A stretch of DNA of 64,000 nucleotides from Trichoplax sp. H2 (taxonomy: Eukaryota), in NCBI GenBank assembly GCA_003344405.1, contig NOWV01000016.1, positions 434,001-498,000 on the forward strand. The letters are read 5' to 3'. Shown here one piece after another: positions 40,701 through 54,400 of the stretch. The stretch's first letter is position 1. The number at the start of each line of letters is the position of its first letter. The notes under the pieces are model-generated. The model searched no databases. It saw only the letters and a list, made by a program, of their open reading frames with translations, and was not told the DNA's origin. A program made the position numbers and the translations under genes.

Positions 40701-43700
40701 AGCAATGATAGGCAATGAATTTAGTCGACAATAAACGCATCAACGCCAATCAAGGTAAAAACTCGGACTAGATAAATAAAGAACTTATTTATTGCCAAAA
40801 TTGACATATACAGCACTGAAATAGACAAATCAGTTAACAAGATTGAGATATAAATTGTATGCCTGTAGTAATATAATCTGACTGCTCTTTTTCAAAGTGT
40901 ACAGTTTTCAATCTTGAATTAGCAAAGACTGCATAATTTATACGGAACTCAGACTAGACTTAACTTAGAAAGTATACAGTTTTCAATCTTGAATTAGCAA
41001 AGACTGCATAATTTACACGGAACTCTGACTAGACTTAACTAGAAAGTATACAGTTTTCGATCTTTATTTTAGCAATGATAATTGCATAATTGCACGGAAT
41101 AACTTTAAAATTATAACTTACCGGTCGGGCATACACATGAATAGTCTTTCCATGTTACCGGATTAACGGCACATTTTTGTGCTGCACTACATGGTGAACT
41201 CAAGCAAGGATTGGAATATTTACATCTTCGGCCAGTAAATTCTGGTAAACAGCTATAATTCGATAGAAAATTAATGATTGAATTAGTCACCTATACGTTA
41301 GATATTAAATAATAAAATATTAGTCTATGTATTGCAAAAGAAGATTGTCATTGAGCGCTATCATAGTACTTCAATTAGGTTAATATCAACCGAAAGTATT
41401 AGCCCTTCCATCTTCCCATAATCGAACTGGATAAATTAATTATCATTAATTTATTCATCAGAAAACAAGTAAGACTACGTCTGATTTGCCCCTTAGCATT
41501 TTTTTGGTCATAAATTAGCATCTCATTAATTATGCTGATGCAAATTGGGAATCCCTTGTGCTATACAATGTTAAACTTAATTATAAATCTTCTCATATTA
41601 CCTCCCAGTTATCGTCTAGAATCTTAATAGAATCTTTTTCTGTTAGACATTGACTCTGACTTATAACAGCATTCCTTCAAGTTTAGCTATATCACGGATA
41701 ATATATATATATACTGTAGTCTACGATAGCAATTACTTTATTGACACCTATTGATGATATTGTGCTTAAGTATCTATCTCAGTGATACCAATTAGTTTTG
41801 GGTTTGGCTTATCATTTTAATAATATCAATACAGATAAATTTACGATGTACTGTATTCATAACGATGAATTCATTAATTTAATGAAGGGAGGAGTAAACT
41901 ACCAATTGCAAAATTAAGCTGACATTATGAATATTTTATCGTGAGATGGCTAAAATCAGGATTGACTTTGCTAAAAGGGAGAAGTAAAGATAATATACGA
42001 TAACGAAAAATCGTATGTAGTAGGTTGATAAACAGCTTTTTTTTCAATATGGATAGGAATAATCACATTATTAGTATATCAGATTCATTTTCTCAAACAC
42101 AAAAATGATTGATTAGTACATCTTTACATTTAATTTACTTGAAATATGGAAGCACTAAAGTGGAAAGATTGAGAATAGATTGATCATCTAATTATTATAT
42201 TAGTTCTAACATATTCCCTATATTATAATTAGGGATTGTATAGCCGGCTGTAATTACTGTGTCCTCGAAAATTGGGGAGATTATAATTCCATTCAAGAGA
42301 ATATGTTCAGTTCTTGTCAAGTTATGCCATCATAGGCGCGATTAATGCACTTGAAGTAGTCGACTACTTATGTTTCAAATATAAATTAATAAAAATGATT
42401 ACCATTAGTTAATTATAAGGGGAATTTTTCCGTAATTAGATAAAGCTTATAAAAATACTTGAAGTAATTGACTACTTATGTATTGGATATGAATTAAGAA
42501 TGATTAGTTAATTACATCGAGAATTTTTCCGTGATTAGATAAAGCCTATTAATACACTTAAAGTATTCCACATGCTTTAATAACTGTCTTGGCTTTTTTA
42601 TCATATACTACGAAAATTAAATGAATTGTTGACGAAGTTAGGCAAAATTGACATTTTCCATTAACGAAGATAAGAGTTGGGTCAAAATTCAATTTTTTAT
42701 ATCATCAATGCTCGAAGATTGCAACATCATTGATGATTAAACTAATTAACTTGTATCATCAATAAATTTCCGCTGAATGATATCATTTTATTGGCATAAT
42801 CAGACTGTTATGTTGTCATGGCTGATTAACATTATTGCCTCAAGTCATAACTTTCAAAAGAATACTATGGAGTGATAAATAGAAATGGAAACAATAGCAA
42901 GAGATGAATACGGCGGAGAAGGAAACAAAAAGCAGAGCCAAAGGTATAATCATATTCTTTTAACTTGTATGGTGGCAACGAATATCATCGAATTGAATTC
43001 TGTACTAGTTAATGCCTACAAAGTTTTCAGTTATTATCGATGTCTTAAAATTCTTTTCTATTATTATTGTCGCTGTCGTTGTTGGTGGTTGTTGTTGTTG
43101 TTGTGATTGCTACTCCTTTTTATATCGTCTACGAAGAGATATCTTTTACCGTCTCTCTACCCTTTATTTTACTTTATTTTCAAACTATTGGCATTGTTTG
43201 AATCAAAATAGACGTCGTATGGCTTTTAAAATAGAATTAAAAACGATTTCTTCCTCACTACTAATAAGTCAAGTGCTTGACAAGTACCGATACAATAGAT
43301 TGAACAATATCGATTATTTTTACGCCTTTCCACGGATATATCAAGCTTAACTTCCTCTTCTGTTTTACTAGTGATTTTATTCTTGTAGTGGATAGAAGTG
43401 AAATTTCCTAGACTCCTCGTAAATTGGTAATAGCCCTTAGAATAATAAGTATGAAATCAAAAATATCTACCTATATTGTCGACATGATGGACAAAGATAG
43501 GGGCGCACGGCACAGACAAATTATTTAATTTGATCAATATGTCATAGCATTGACGCGTTAGTCTAGTTGATTTAATGAATAAATTGAAATATTTAATGAT
43601 TGTTGAGCAATGGATATAAGAGAATTAATTAATGTTAGCCGAGTTATTATTTGCATGAATGGTGTTCATAGGAATAAGGGGTGCTAAAATCTAAAAAGAA

Positions 43701-46700
43701 TAAATTGTTCTCGTGGACAACACGTGTTGGTTACTTATTTGTTGCCTATCTCGAATCAATATATTCTTCTTGTTTTGAAGTTGGCGACGGTTAGTGACAA
43801 AAGATCAGAAACTAATTACCAGCGGTAAAGATATTAAAATGTACAACTAATCAATTGTAACCTCGGTGATACATTCTATTAATATTGTCTATGTCATTAT
43901 GATATTCCTTGTGGTTGATGAATACGTTCTACACTCGACTGAGATTCGATGAAATAAAATGAAGAATTGTAATATCGCTAGACGTTATTTTCCTCCCTCT
44001 AGCTATAAATTTTATCCTTATCAATTCCTTATCATTGATTCCATAATTTAAATTACGGAAATGTAATTATCTGAATTATGATTATAATCGTATCAGTTTG
44101 AACATTAATTATTCTAAATTTAAATTACATTAATTCGTTGATTAGCTATATAAATCATGTCAGAAAAATTACAGTACTTCGATACGTAATAGCTTGATTC
44201 AATATGAATTCTTGCTATTATGATTTGTTATGTTCGAATCGCTTAAGATATGTTAGATGTTTGTAAAGTTTAACTTGAACAAAACCAATTACTCATGTCC
44301 AAAGCTTGAAAGAGCAAGAAGAAAATGTTATCGTGAGTCGTGACATTGATTGTCACTATCATATTTCCGGTCAATTGCCTATCGTCAATTTAAAAGTTAA
44401 TTTGTTATAGTGATGTTGGACCGATTTGTTCATCATCTTAATATATTGCTATTTGACGTTAGGTAGAGTAAAAAACGAGAGAAAATAATAACATGAAGAT
44501 TAGAGTAGGGATTATGAGTCATCATCGTGATGCTTAGTTCATGAATATAACATGTCTAATCAAATCTCTATTGAATCTTCTTGTCGTCATTTGCACTGAT
44601 TATAGAAATGAAATAAATTGACTTTTTTCTTTTTTGACTGTCTGCGTCTCTTTTTTCTCTGTCTTAGACTCTCTTCATCTTTTCAAATCAATAGTTATAT
44701 TGTCAGCAATATTTAAAAGTCTACATGCCTAGAAGCACTAATTAAGGCCACTTGAAACTAATATAATAGATACTGTTCTTATTTTTATTCAAACGATGAT
44801 TTAATGAAAAGAAAAGTAGATATAAAAAGAAAAGTATAAGATTGATGAGATTTTAATATCTCATCTACTAAGTTATCAATAATGGCTACTAAAACAGGAA
44901 ATAGCGATGGTAACTCAAACGTAAAAGCATCAAGATATTCAAAATTTAAATCTGGAAAAAGTGATCGTCATACTGCTCTCATCAATGCCTTTTCCGTTTA
45001 AAATGAAGCTCCTAATGCGATGTAAAGAGACCAAGAGAGTAAAAAGGGTGATAACAACAAGTGGACAAATAACCAACGTTCATGGACAAGCAATCAATGA
45101 TATATATAAATAAATTACGCTGATTTCTCTTTAGTCATGACATTCTCAATTGTATAAGGTTATGATTGACATAGAATTTAGACAATAGAAAAAAATGATG
45201 GAGGAGAAAGGTCGTGTGGGATGCAACTGGTGTCACTATTTTTTAAAACATAGTCTATTGAAATTGATTCAACAATTCAATCTTTAAGACTATTATTATC
45301 CATGAGTGGGTACAACAGTTGCTCTTCTCAATCGTTATTGTTCATTAATTAACGATATTATACAATTTCTACATGACTATGGGATACAAGGAAAGCATCA
45401 CTAACAAAGTCAAGAGATGGATTGAAGAAGAGGGGGGTAGCAAAAAATAATAAGAAGAATAATCAAAGAAAAATAGAATATTACAAACAACACGCTAAGA
45501 ATAATTATAGCCTCAAGTCGCTTGCTATTTCAACTAAATTGGGGAGAGTATTATGAAATAACAGTCGACCATTCAACAGTAATCTAATTAGTTAAGAGAG
45601 AATTAATTTCAACTTCTTAAGCAAAGTACGGGACCGGCTAGACATCAATGTCCATATCAAAATCACAGGGAATAATCAAACAATAGACTTGCTAGTTGAT
45701 GGAGAATAGAGAGTAGTTAGTTTTGTCAGTTGTAACTATTTTTTTGTCTGTATCTTTGCTACGTATTGACTTTTTTACATTACGTGTATCATCAACAATT
45801 TCATTTGAAAGAAGAGAGAAAAAAATGCTAATTTAAATATATGTATTGATTGAAAAATGAGATATCTAGTTGTTGATTCAATTTGCTATAGCTACAGCAT
45901 AATATTACCAACTTTTAGTCATCGTCTTGGCTGACCCTGCATGACTCCATCTTATTGATATCCTGATTGAATTTATAGCTCAAACATGTTCTTTAAATAA
46001 TTGTATTATTAATCTGCGACGATAGGATACAAATTTGAATTACGGCAAACGACGCCACGCGTCCGACAATGCAATCAATAACTCTTGTTGATAGATTATG
46101 CAGGGTGGAGACATCGACTGTAGTAGCAAATTAACACCTCAATAACATTTCGAGAAGAGTTAAGTAGTACCCCTGCTATCTCTTAATAATTAAACCCCAA
46201 CTGGATGTCCACTACCACCTATCTACTTGGATATAATATCGGCTAAAATTATTGATTGTATTCATTGAATCCTGATTAAATGCAGTGTACACGTCCGTAG
46301 ATAGCCATATAGAGCAATAACAGATAAAATAGACAAACGCATGTAGTTAATACTACATACCCGTGTATACTCTAATTTCCTATCTAGCATACTTTTAGCT
46401 TGGAGAAATGATCTATCTCACTATGCATGTGCAAGATTATAAACTAGAGATCACATAATTCGATAGATCGATAATACAATAAGTGACATCATGAGCAACA
46501 GGGTGCCATATTGACAATATATAATTACAACATCGACGGTCGATTTAGCTAATTCGCTAAAGTCTCTTCCATTAGACATATATAATTATATATATAATAT
46601 TTGACGCCCTTTCAACCCCATCGATAATGTAATTATCATCTAATATTTTAACAACATATTCAAAGATAAGATAAGTTAAGAATGTTGACTATGCATGATT

Positions 46701-49700
46701 CATATAATATGAATTTATGCTAGCTTTTTTCAAATACAGTAAGGAAGGTTGCAAAATAATTATTTTAAATGATGCGTAAGCACAAAAATTTTAATTAATA
46801 CTACAAACGGACTTTGTTATCTAAGTTTGCTAGGGTATTGAATAAAAAGCTATAGGGCAAATAAGAGGGATAAAATAATTGCATTAACTCCAGGGAAAGA
46901 AATTTTAGCTATCATTTATATCTAACTTTACACGGCTTGGCGCTGAAATGGTAGTAATAATTAGAGGATGAGTCATGACTGCATAATAAAATCTCTTCAT
47001 GAACTTTAGCTCTTTTACGGTTATCATGTGGAAAGAGTTTTTCTATCTATACTAAAATGACATTTTATGTGTATTGAGTCATCGATGTAGACTATTATAT
47101 ATACTCGTATTTATATATAAGTAATGGATATTTTCATTAAAATAGAATTAGGGGTAAATGAAAGTAGATCTATTTAATGGTTAACCAAAGTATAATTATA
47201 GTAATACTTTAATAATTATAATCGGAGACCGTGAGAAATTAATTAATCACGCCTAAGATTGCAAGTAATACCTTAGTAATTCTAACTATTTTATACTTCA
47301 TACGTATCATTATAATTAAATGATGAAAGATTTTAATATAGCGAGATGGACATTTTTAGTACTTGTATAAAATGGAATTGACACCTAATCTTGATTAATA
47401 AATTCTATTTTTGAGTTTCGTAAAACTAGAACAACGACGTCTCTTTTAGACTGATTCATAGTTTTCAAGTTGATGATATCCTAAAACGCTTACAGATAGC
47501 TCGTAAGTCTGGCAATAGTTAAGTGTTATAACTTTTGCATTGCTGCCTATCTTTCTTTCATATTCCCAAATGATGCCGACTGACTGGTGCTTATTCATAT
47601 TGTACAATAGTTGTGATACTAAGATCGTTTTCGAATCATTCTTTGTTATAGTTAAAAGTAGCAGTTTCTTTATCTTTTCTTTATTACTTTCGTTCAATTC
47701 TACTTAATCTGCCTCAAGACAAATCAAAATCAAACATGATAACTAGCTATACCTTAAACAAAGAGCTTTTAAACACTATTTGCTACCGTAAAGGTCTTAT
47801 TAATATTCCAGTCTAAAGTGGAAACATTGTTTTTACACCTAAGGTCCTATAGATTGAAGAAGGCATGACTGCATAACAAGTAACAATACCCTGTCTTAAG
47901 CACACAGAATGATTAAGCCATAATTAATTTCTATCTTAGAGTTCATAAAAATTAGGCACGTATACTCGCACTATAAATTAAAGGACAGAAATATTAAGAG
48001 TGTTCATATATTTTTAGCTTGACATCATAGAATAATCGAATAAAAGCCATTTGCGTAAATATAGGGACGTTTTTATTCTACCTTATTTTAAGTATATCTT
48101 CTCAGTTAGCATCATGTGTAGAAAAAATTACGGAAATTCATCTGAACAGATTAATAATTTAAAACTGTTTTCAATATGATGGAAATTTGAAAAGTTACTA
48201 TTGCAATATTGATACCTTTCAACTACTTTTAACTATTTATGGAATAGCTACTTAACGTAGTAAAGTACTTTGATAGCAGCTTAATTCAATAATATAGCCA
48301 TAGGCAGTATGAATTAATTATTCTAGCTGTTCAGCTATGTCTCTTAATTTGCCCAAGGTCAAGATAATGAAATAATTCACATTTTATTCTCTAGCGATTA
48401 CAGTATTGTATCTTAATATGTGTGGCAATATAATCCAACTATGGATATGAGGAAATAAAGTACAACCCAACCGTATAGAAGGTAGACATTGTATCCCTTG
48501 TGTAATATTTCGAACTTTTTGAAAGAATAATTTAAACTGAATGAGTCATTTCTTCATCAATGACTCAAATATTAATATATAAGTAGGGTTTAAAAGTATA
48601 GGTTGATATGTTCACAATATCGTGTTGCAGACTCTCTACATAAAGAGTCTATAAACCATTAGTAGGTTCTAATATTTCAATTGCAATATCCAAATCATAT
48701 TTAAGAATTTATATCTCCAAGAAACATTGACTAGTAGGTCCACACCATGGACTGTTAGATTGGCAAACAAGCCTGTATCCATCTCAATTAATCTACAGCA
48801 GTATCTATATGATAGCTTACCTGCATCTGCCGGTATAAGGATCACATTTGCCTCCATGCAGGCAGGAATCAGGCTGGCATAAATTAACTAGATATCAAGA
48901 AAATAGAGATAAAAATTAAGCATATCCAGTCTTTAATACAACTAGGCTTCATATAAAATGTCCGCATTCTATTTTATTACTAGGGTGAGAAGGTACCGTA
49001 GTGAAAAGAGAGTAATAACTAATTAAAGAATTAATTTTAGTATTAGAAGTTATTAAACCGCGATTCACTAAGGCAGTAAACTATAACTAAAGATTTTGTA
49101 CGCTTTTATGAAGGTATAGGAACGAAAAATAGCTATCAATTTAGCACTAATTTAAAATTAAGCAAATACTTGTAAAGTTTTACAGGGCTATCTTAGACTG
49201 TTTTCAAAAATAGTTTAATTGCTTTAGGAGCTATGGCTATTATGAGTATAAATTATCAAGTTTGCCTCGTTTTTCAATTTAATGTGACAATGTTGATAAT
49301 AGTTAAGGAAATATGACAGCTAATATTGTGGTAATTGTTAGTAACTCTGTTCGGCCAAGCCCCTGCCATGAGGGAGCATGATGACTAGCTTCAATAATCA
49401 GGGATATTAAAGGCAACGTAAAATGGCTTAGCTAGAAATCTATACTGACACAGAAAATTATGGTTGGGTAATATTGGACAAAGATTTAAAAAGAAAAGTT
49501 AAGCTCTTAACCAGTTATTTAGTAACAATGGTCTAAGTAAATTTAAACTGATGTATTACTACAGTATCTATTTGCCAAGGAATAGTATAAGATTTGGCTT
49601 AGTAAGTGTCAATATTATAATAAAATATTATTACAGAATTTTGTACTCTTCTTTAACTAGAAGTGAGAAGAAAGATAAATGACTACAATCAAAGTAGTCT

Positions 49701-51444
49701 TCATTTACGGTTACTTAGTATCATTAAATTATGACTGGAAATTAATCCTTTCGAAGGTGGCTTTCTTGAAGGAACAACTGCACTCTTGAATGTGAATTAT
49801 TTTTACTCTATGTTAGCAACTCGTCATTTTTTCCATTTTAATATCATTACTTCTTGATATTTCCTCCATAATGTATCGATACATAGCAATTACTGTTCTT
49901 TTAATTAATATCCGATAAATCGCTAGAACGGACTCGTTTTTAAATTATTCCATATGATTTGATTGCAAATTTTTAATTAAATTAATAAAATTCTCCTTCA
50001 AACGCTAAATTCAAACCTACTTTAATAGAGGTGGATTTATTAAAGATGGATAAAAAAGTCTTGAGTCTTCGTAAAAATTTATACGTGATCTTACGAAGAC
50101 TTCTTATAACAGAAAACGGCTAAAATCGACTGTCATGATCTTTTTATAGAATTATGGGCGGAAGAGAAGATTTTCATTGAATTAATGCAGGGTGGTTGTT
50201 TAAACTATTATTTTCCAGAAATTAGTTTAATCCATGATATTTAAAAAGATAGATGATTAGCTTTTCTCAAGCATAGTAAATCGTTCAATTTTATATGTTA
50301 CTTTGTCTAACTTTCGACGGACAAAATGATATGACAAGTAAACCTACGTCTTGATTATTTAAATACACTCTCCCTATGTAAAATAATATTTATGGAGCAA
50401 ATGAACAGTGGTTATCATTTAACCACAATTCCTGTTGATATTAGTTTTATGGTATCTAAGTGAACTTTTTGGGGGTAATCCCATTCTTATTACTTTAATA
50501 AAATGCAAATAATGTTCTCTAATATGGATTTGACATGGTATTCTTTTGTAGATTTGAGAGTATCTCTTTGATGGTGTATTTTTTTTACTATTGCCTTTCA
50601 AAAATGGCCCTATCTAATCCCTTCGTAGGCATAAAATGCTGTTATGCTCACTAGATATGATGAAGATAACACTTGCGACATTATTAGAGAAGGTAGGATC
50701 TAGGTTGATTATGTTTCTATTTAACCTTAGGAAAAGATGAAGTTAGGAGAGGGCTAGAAATTATTGCATTATTGAAGGGATTGAGCAGCGATCGATATAA
50801 CTTCAACGACCATTTTAAAGGTGCATAACGGGATTACAAAGCTCTGATTATTGCGGTTATACTCTCGTTTTATAGTAGAAAGAGAGTATCAAATAGATCT
50901 TTTTAGCCATTATTAACCGGATTACAAGCGCATAATCATAATTACAATATTTCATTTTAATTAAAATATCCACTAAAAAGTACGGAAAGAGCTTCAAATT
51001 AATAAGTTATTTGAATTGGAAGAGGAAAAATTATTGAATCATGAATTGACTAGAAAGATTAAATATGGAATCAGATCGACTCTAATACTAAACAAAACGG
51101 TTTTAAAAAAGGAAATTAGTAGCGTATATTTAATGCTGGTTTGCGGAGTAAGTATCAAAAAATATAAAAGCGCTCGATATAATAACTTGAAACTAATATG
51201 AAGATAAGAATTTTTGCCTTTACTTTCAGAATCAACATTATCATTAATAGTAAAATCATTATTGGAAATAATGCTATCCAAAATGATAGTGTTGATGGGT
51301 AAGTTGAATTTCATGGATCATCAAGCATATTAGTTACTTTCTTTTGTCTACAAGTCGATAAAGTAGTGTATTACCTGATTGTCCTTTAACGTTTACTACC
51401 AATAAGAGTAATAGCAATGAAACGATAAACTGGCTAGGGTCCAT
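33395..51444 (-). CDS. Notch: Notch receptor, about 1840 aa: signal peptide, 15 EGF repeats, 3 LNR, NOD/NODP, TM, RAM, NLS, ankyrin repeats, polyQ, PEST
   Basis: 18 in-phase GT-AG exons totalling 5523 nt: 51375-51444 (signal [23 protein letters not shown]), 48821-48887, 41122-41252, 40455-40691, 40187-40324, 39753-40061, 39529-39651, 39047-39394, 38615-38965, 38472-38527, 38137-38333, 37899-38016, 37452-37699, 37231-37297, 37054-37135, 36532-36751, 35639-36344, 33395-35449. LNRs ([27 protein letters not shown]), TM followed by RKRK...IWFP, NLS PPRKRF, ankyrins (TALHFA, TPLHIA, NALHWAA, TALFKAA), PEST ([20 protein letters not shown]). Confidence 0.95.
34553..34800 (-). repeat. CAG/CAA repeat encoding a polyQ (opa-like) tract in the Notch intracellular domain
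   Basis: (tgc/tgt)n on the + strand; roughly 80-residue Q-rich run interrupted by LH units in ORF 33395-35365. Confidence 0.95.
40894..41100. repeat. ~75 bp tandem repeat (about 2.7 copies) in Notch intron 3
   Basis: aaagt(g/a)tacagttttc(a/g)atctt...agcaa...tgcataatt...acggaa at about 40894, 40969 and 41043. Confidence 0.85.
42343..42565. repeat. ~110 bp direct duplication in Notch intron 2
   Basis: acttgaagta...gactacttatgt...ttagttaatta...gaattttt ccgt(a/g)attagataaagc occurs twice. Confidence 0.75.
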
Positions 51445-54400
51445 CTTGGCCAAGGGGAAAAGGAAATCTTAACTCCTTGTTGAACGATAATATTTTTGAT
51501 GTATCTTGCTGCCGACTCAATCGTTTTTTCCACTTCTTTTCTTTAACTTTAACTGATACCCAATTATGAATAGGTGGGAAGGAAATGAAAATTGGTTGTA
51601 ACAATTTTAAATCCACTTGGATTATCCAAATTAATTTTAAATATCTAAATAAGCGATTTTGTCTTCGTCGTAACAAGCAATTAAACGTATGGTCAATGTG
51701 TAACAAGGAGATAGTCGTGTGTTGCAGGTTACTAATTGTTTAAGCATCAAGTTGAGATTAAACAGGTAAATCAGTAACTGATTAGTCCAAATGGACTGAT
51801 GATAAACAATGCAATTGGCTAAAAAAGAAAAAAAGATTGTATAGCTTAATAGGCTTTGATGTCCGTCATATGCTAACTGTAGCTATGGCACGCAATTTTT
51901 TTTTTATGGAGGCTCTGCTGAACTTACTGTATTTGTTCTATTGTCATCGTTGAAACTATAGATGTTGACTAGTTTGGGAGGAGTTTAACCTAAATGAAAC
52001 ATTAGCAGACATTACCAATTGATTCCATTTGCATGCTTTTATCTCTTACTTTCTTTCAGTAGTACCATCTATTGATACAATGGATGTAAAGAGACCGTCG
52101 ATCGATCAATAATAATAATAATTATAATCAGCGATATTGTTATGCAGACCGTTAGTAACTGTTTTAATCAATACGCATCTAGCAGGGGTTGAAATTGAAG
52201 AGTAGAGTTAAAGTAAGGAGGAGGGAGAAAAGAAAGAAAGTATAAGGTAGAAATTGTTTGCTAAGTTAACACTGTTGATGTTAAAGTCGTGGAATAATGT
52301 AGAGAATAGGGGGCAACCAGGGTGACGATAAAAAATTGCCATAACAATCTAAAAAAGAAGTCAATCGATGAGCAAAACAAAATGAATATCGATCTGACTA
52401 GTGATCAACCCATTCATATGGATATAACTCTATACTTTATCCTATAAAATTAATACAATCTTGCTTGTATTGTTAGAGAAGAATCTAATCGCCGCCGATA
52501 GAATATTCAATCATCATTGAACGATGATCAACTTGATGAAGTAAGATACTATAGAGAAGAAAAAATGATGTCATGGCTTGCCACCATTGTATGTTGAATA
52601 TTGTTCTGATTGAGCGACTGCCATCACCTGTTGAATATTAACACGCATCGTTGCAACAATCAATTTTATTTATTGTCTTGAGTATAATTAACAGACTCTT
52701 TCAATGATCTACAATAGTAGATATACAACTAGCATCTTTCCTTATTATTCTGATCATCATAACATCTTGGAGTTATTATTGATTAAGTTCGAGCTTTTTA
52801 ATCTACTACGACTGTATCATTGTTGTATCCGTTGTTGGCTCTATTAGAGAGTTGGCCAATAGTTGAATATTCGATCAAAGCCAAGCTAAATTGTCTTTAG
52901 TAAACTTTAGATATAAATATACAATGAATTAACAATATTCAATTTGAATGGCGTTATTTCCTTTTATCAATGCCTACATAGTGCACACACACACTTCCAT
53001 AGACTACATCGATATACACAAACACGCGTACCAATGGTCGCATACTGTTTCTTATTTTATTCTCAATGCTTCTCTGTTTTATTGAATAATGTAGCGGATA
53101 CTTTACATTTACAAAATGGCTGACTGTATTATTCTTGAACGGTAAAAATTGAAAGATGACACAATAACTTGAAATTTCATTTCACATTAAATTGTCTCAT
53201 AGAGCGTCGAAGCGTACTGTAGGTATTTCCATTGGCTTACTAAGCATTTTACTTTAGTCACAGCTTCATTATCATTAATCACTTTATCCTGTACACTACC
53301 GTAGGACTGAAATTTCAGCCTACTTTACAATTCCAGTAGTTGTTTTTCCTCCCTCTTACTTTGATTATAGCCTTACTAATAGGCATAAAATCAGTGATGT
53401 TATCTCTTAATTAGTTTAATGTATTGGCATCAAAAGAAAGAATTTATATTCTATTGATGTGCAAATGAGATGCACTACATAAGACAAGGACAGAGGGGGG
53501 GGGAGAAAGGAAATTTCAATTTAAAAAGTACAGCTGGTTGAATCTAGTATTTTCACATGCAATACGCGTAGATACTCTATTTTGAATCTATTACAAATAA
53601 TTCCATGTAAACTGATCATATCTGCCTATCGATAGCAACAGTTTTATCATTCTATCGGTCACGATCATAATTTCGAGGAAAATATTTTTTGTCACGAAAC
53701 TTGATCCAACTCAAATGAAAGTAATCTTCTGGTAAATATCTTCTATTTTGGTCATAACAACCCACTCAACAACCCAGAGATAATCACTTCATCAATTGAC
53801 CAGATTAACATTCAATTTGAATTGCTTTTGTACACACAATCCGGATTTTTCAAGGGTCTTATTTTTTGTTACCAAGGTAATCTAACAAAATTTGACAGCC
53901 AAAACCGTTACCTATAAGTCATTCTTGATTGCTAAACGTGCATAACGATCATGTTGTCCTATCTATTAATCACATTTTGAAGTCATTGTAGGTACGTTGA
54001 ATCATCCATTTTTCTCTCATTATGATATAGACTAGATCAAATACTTATTCTGTAACATTGACACTATTAATGTTAACATCTATGGATATTAATTAGAATG
54101 ATGAATATTCGTAATTTTATAATTTATTCTCACTCATTTTAATGTGAGGCGATAACGGATATTGATCTTGATCTGTAATATTGTTTACAGTAAATTAAAA
54201 CTTAACTCGGTATCAATTTATTATTAATGTAGTTAATATTCATCATTAAAAAATTGTTGGTCAAGAATTTATTAATTAGTCGATCGGAAAATAGTTAAGA
54301 ATATAATCATCATCCACCTGTGTTTGTATAGATCGTCAATATTTGCGTATCGATGTAGACGTCACTGTCAAATTTCAATAGAATAACACTGCCGAGATTA

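Noticed and set aside
42885-43350. ORFs with Cys/Val/Leu runs in Notch intron 2
   Set aside because: They derive from a short (GTT)n simple repeat and have no coherent protein features.
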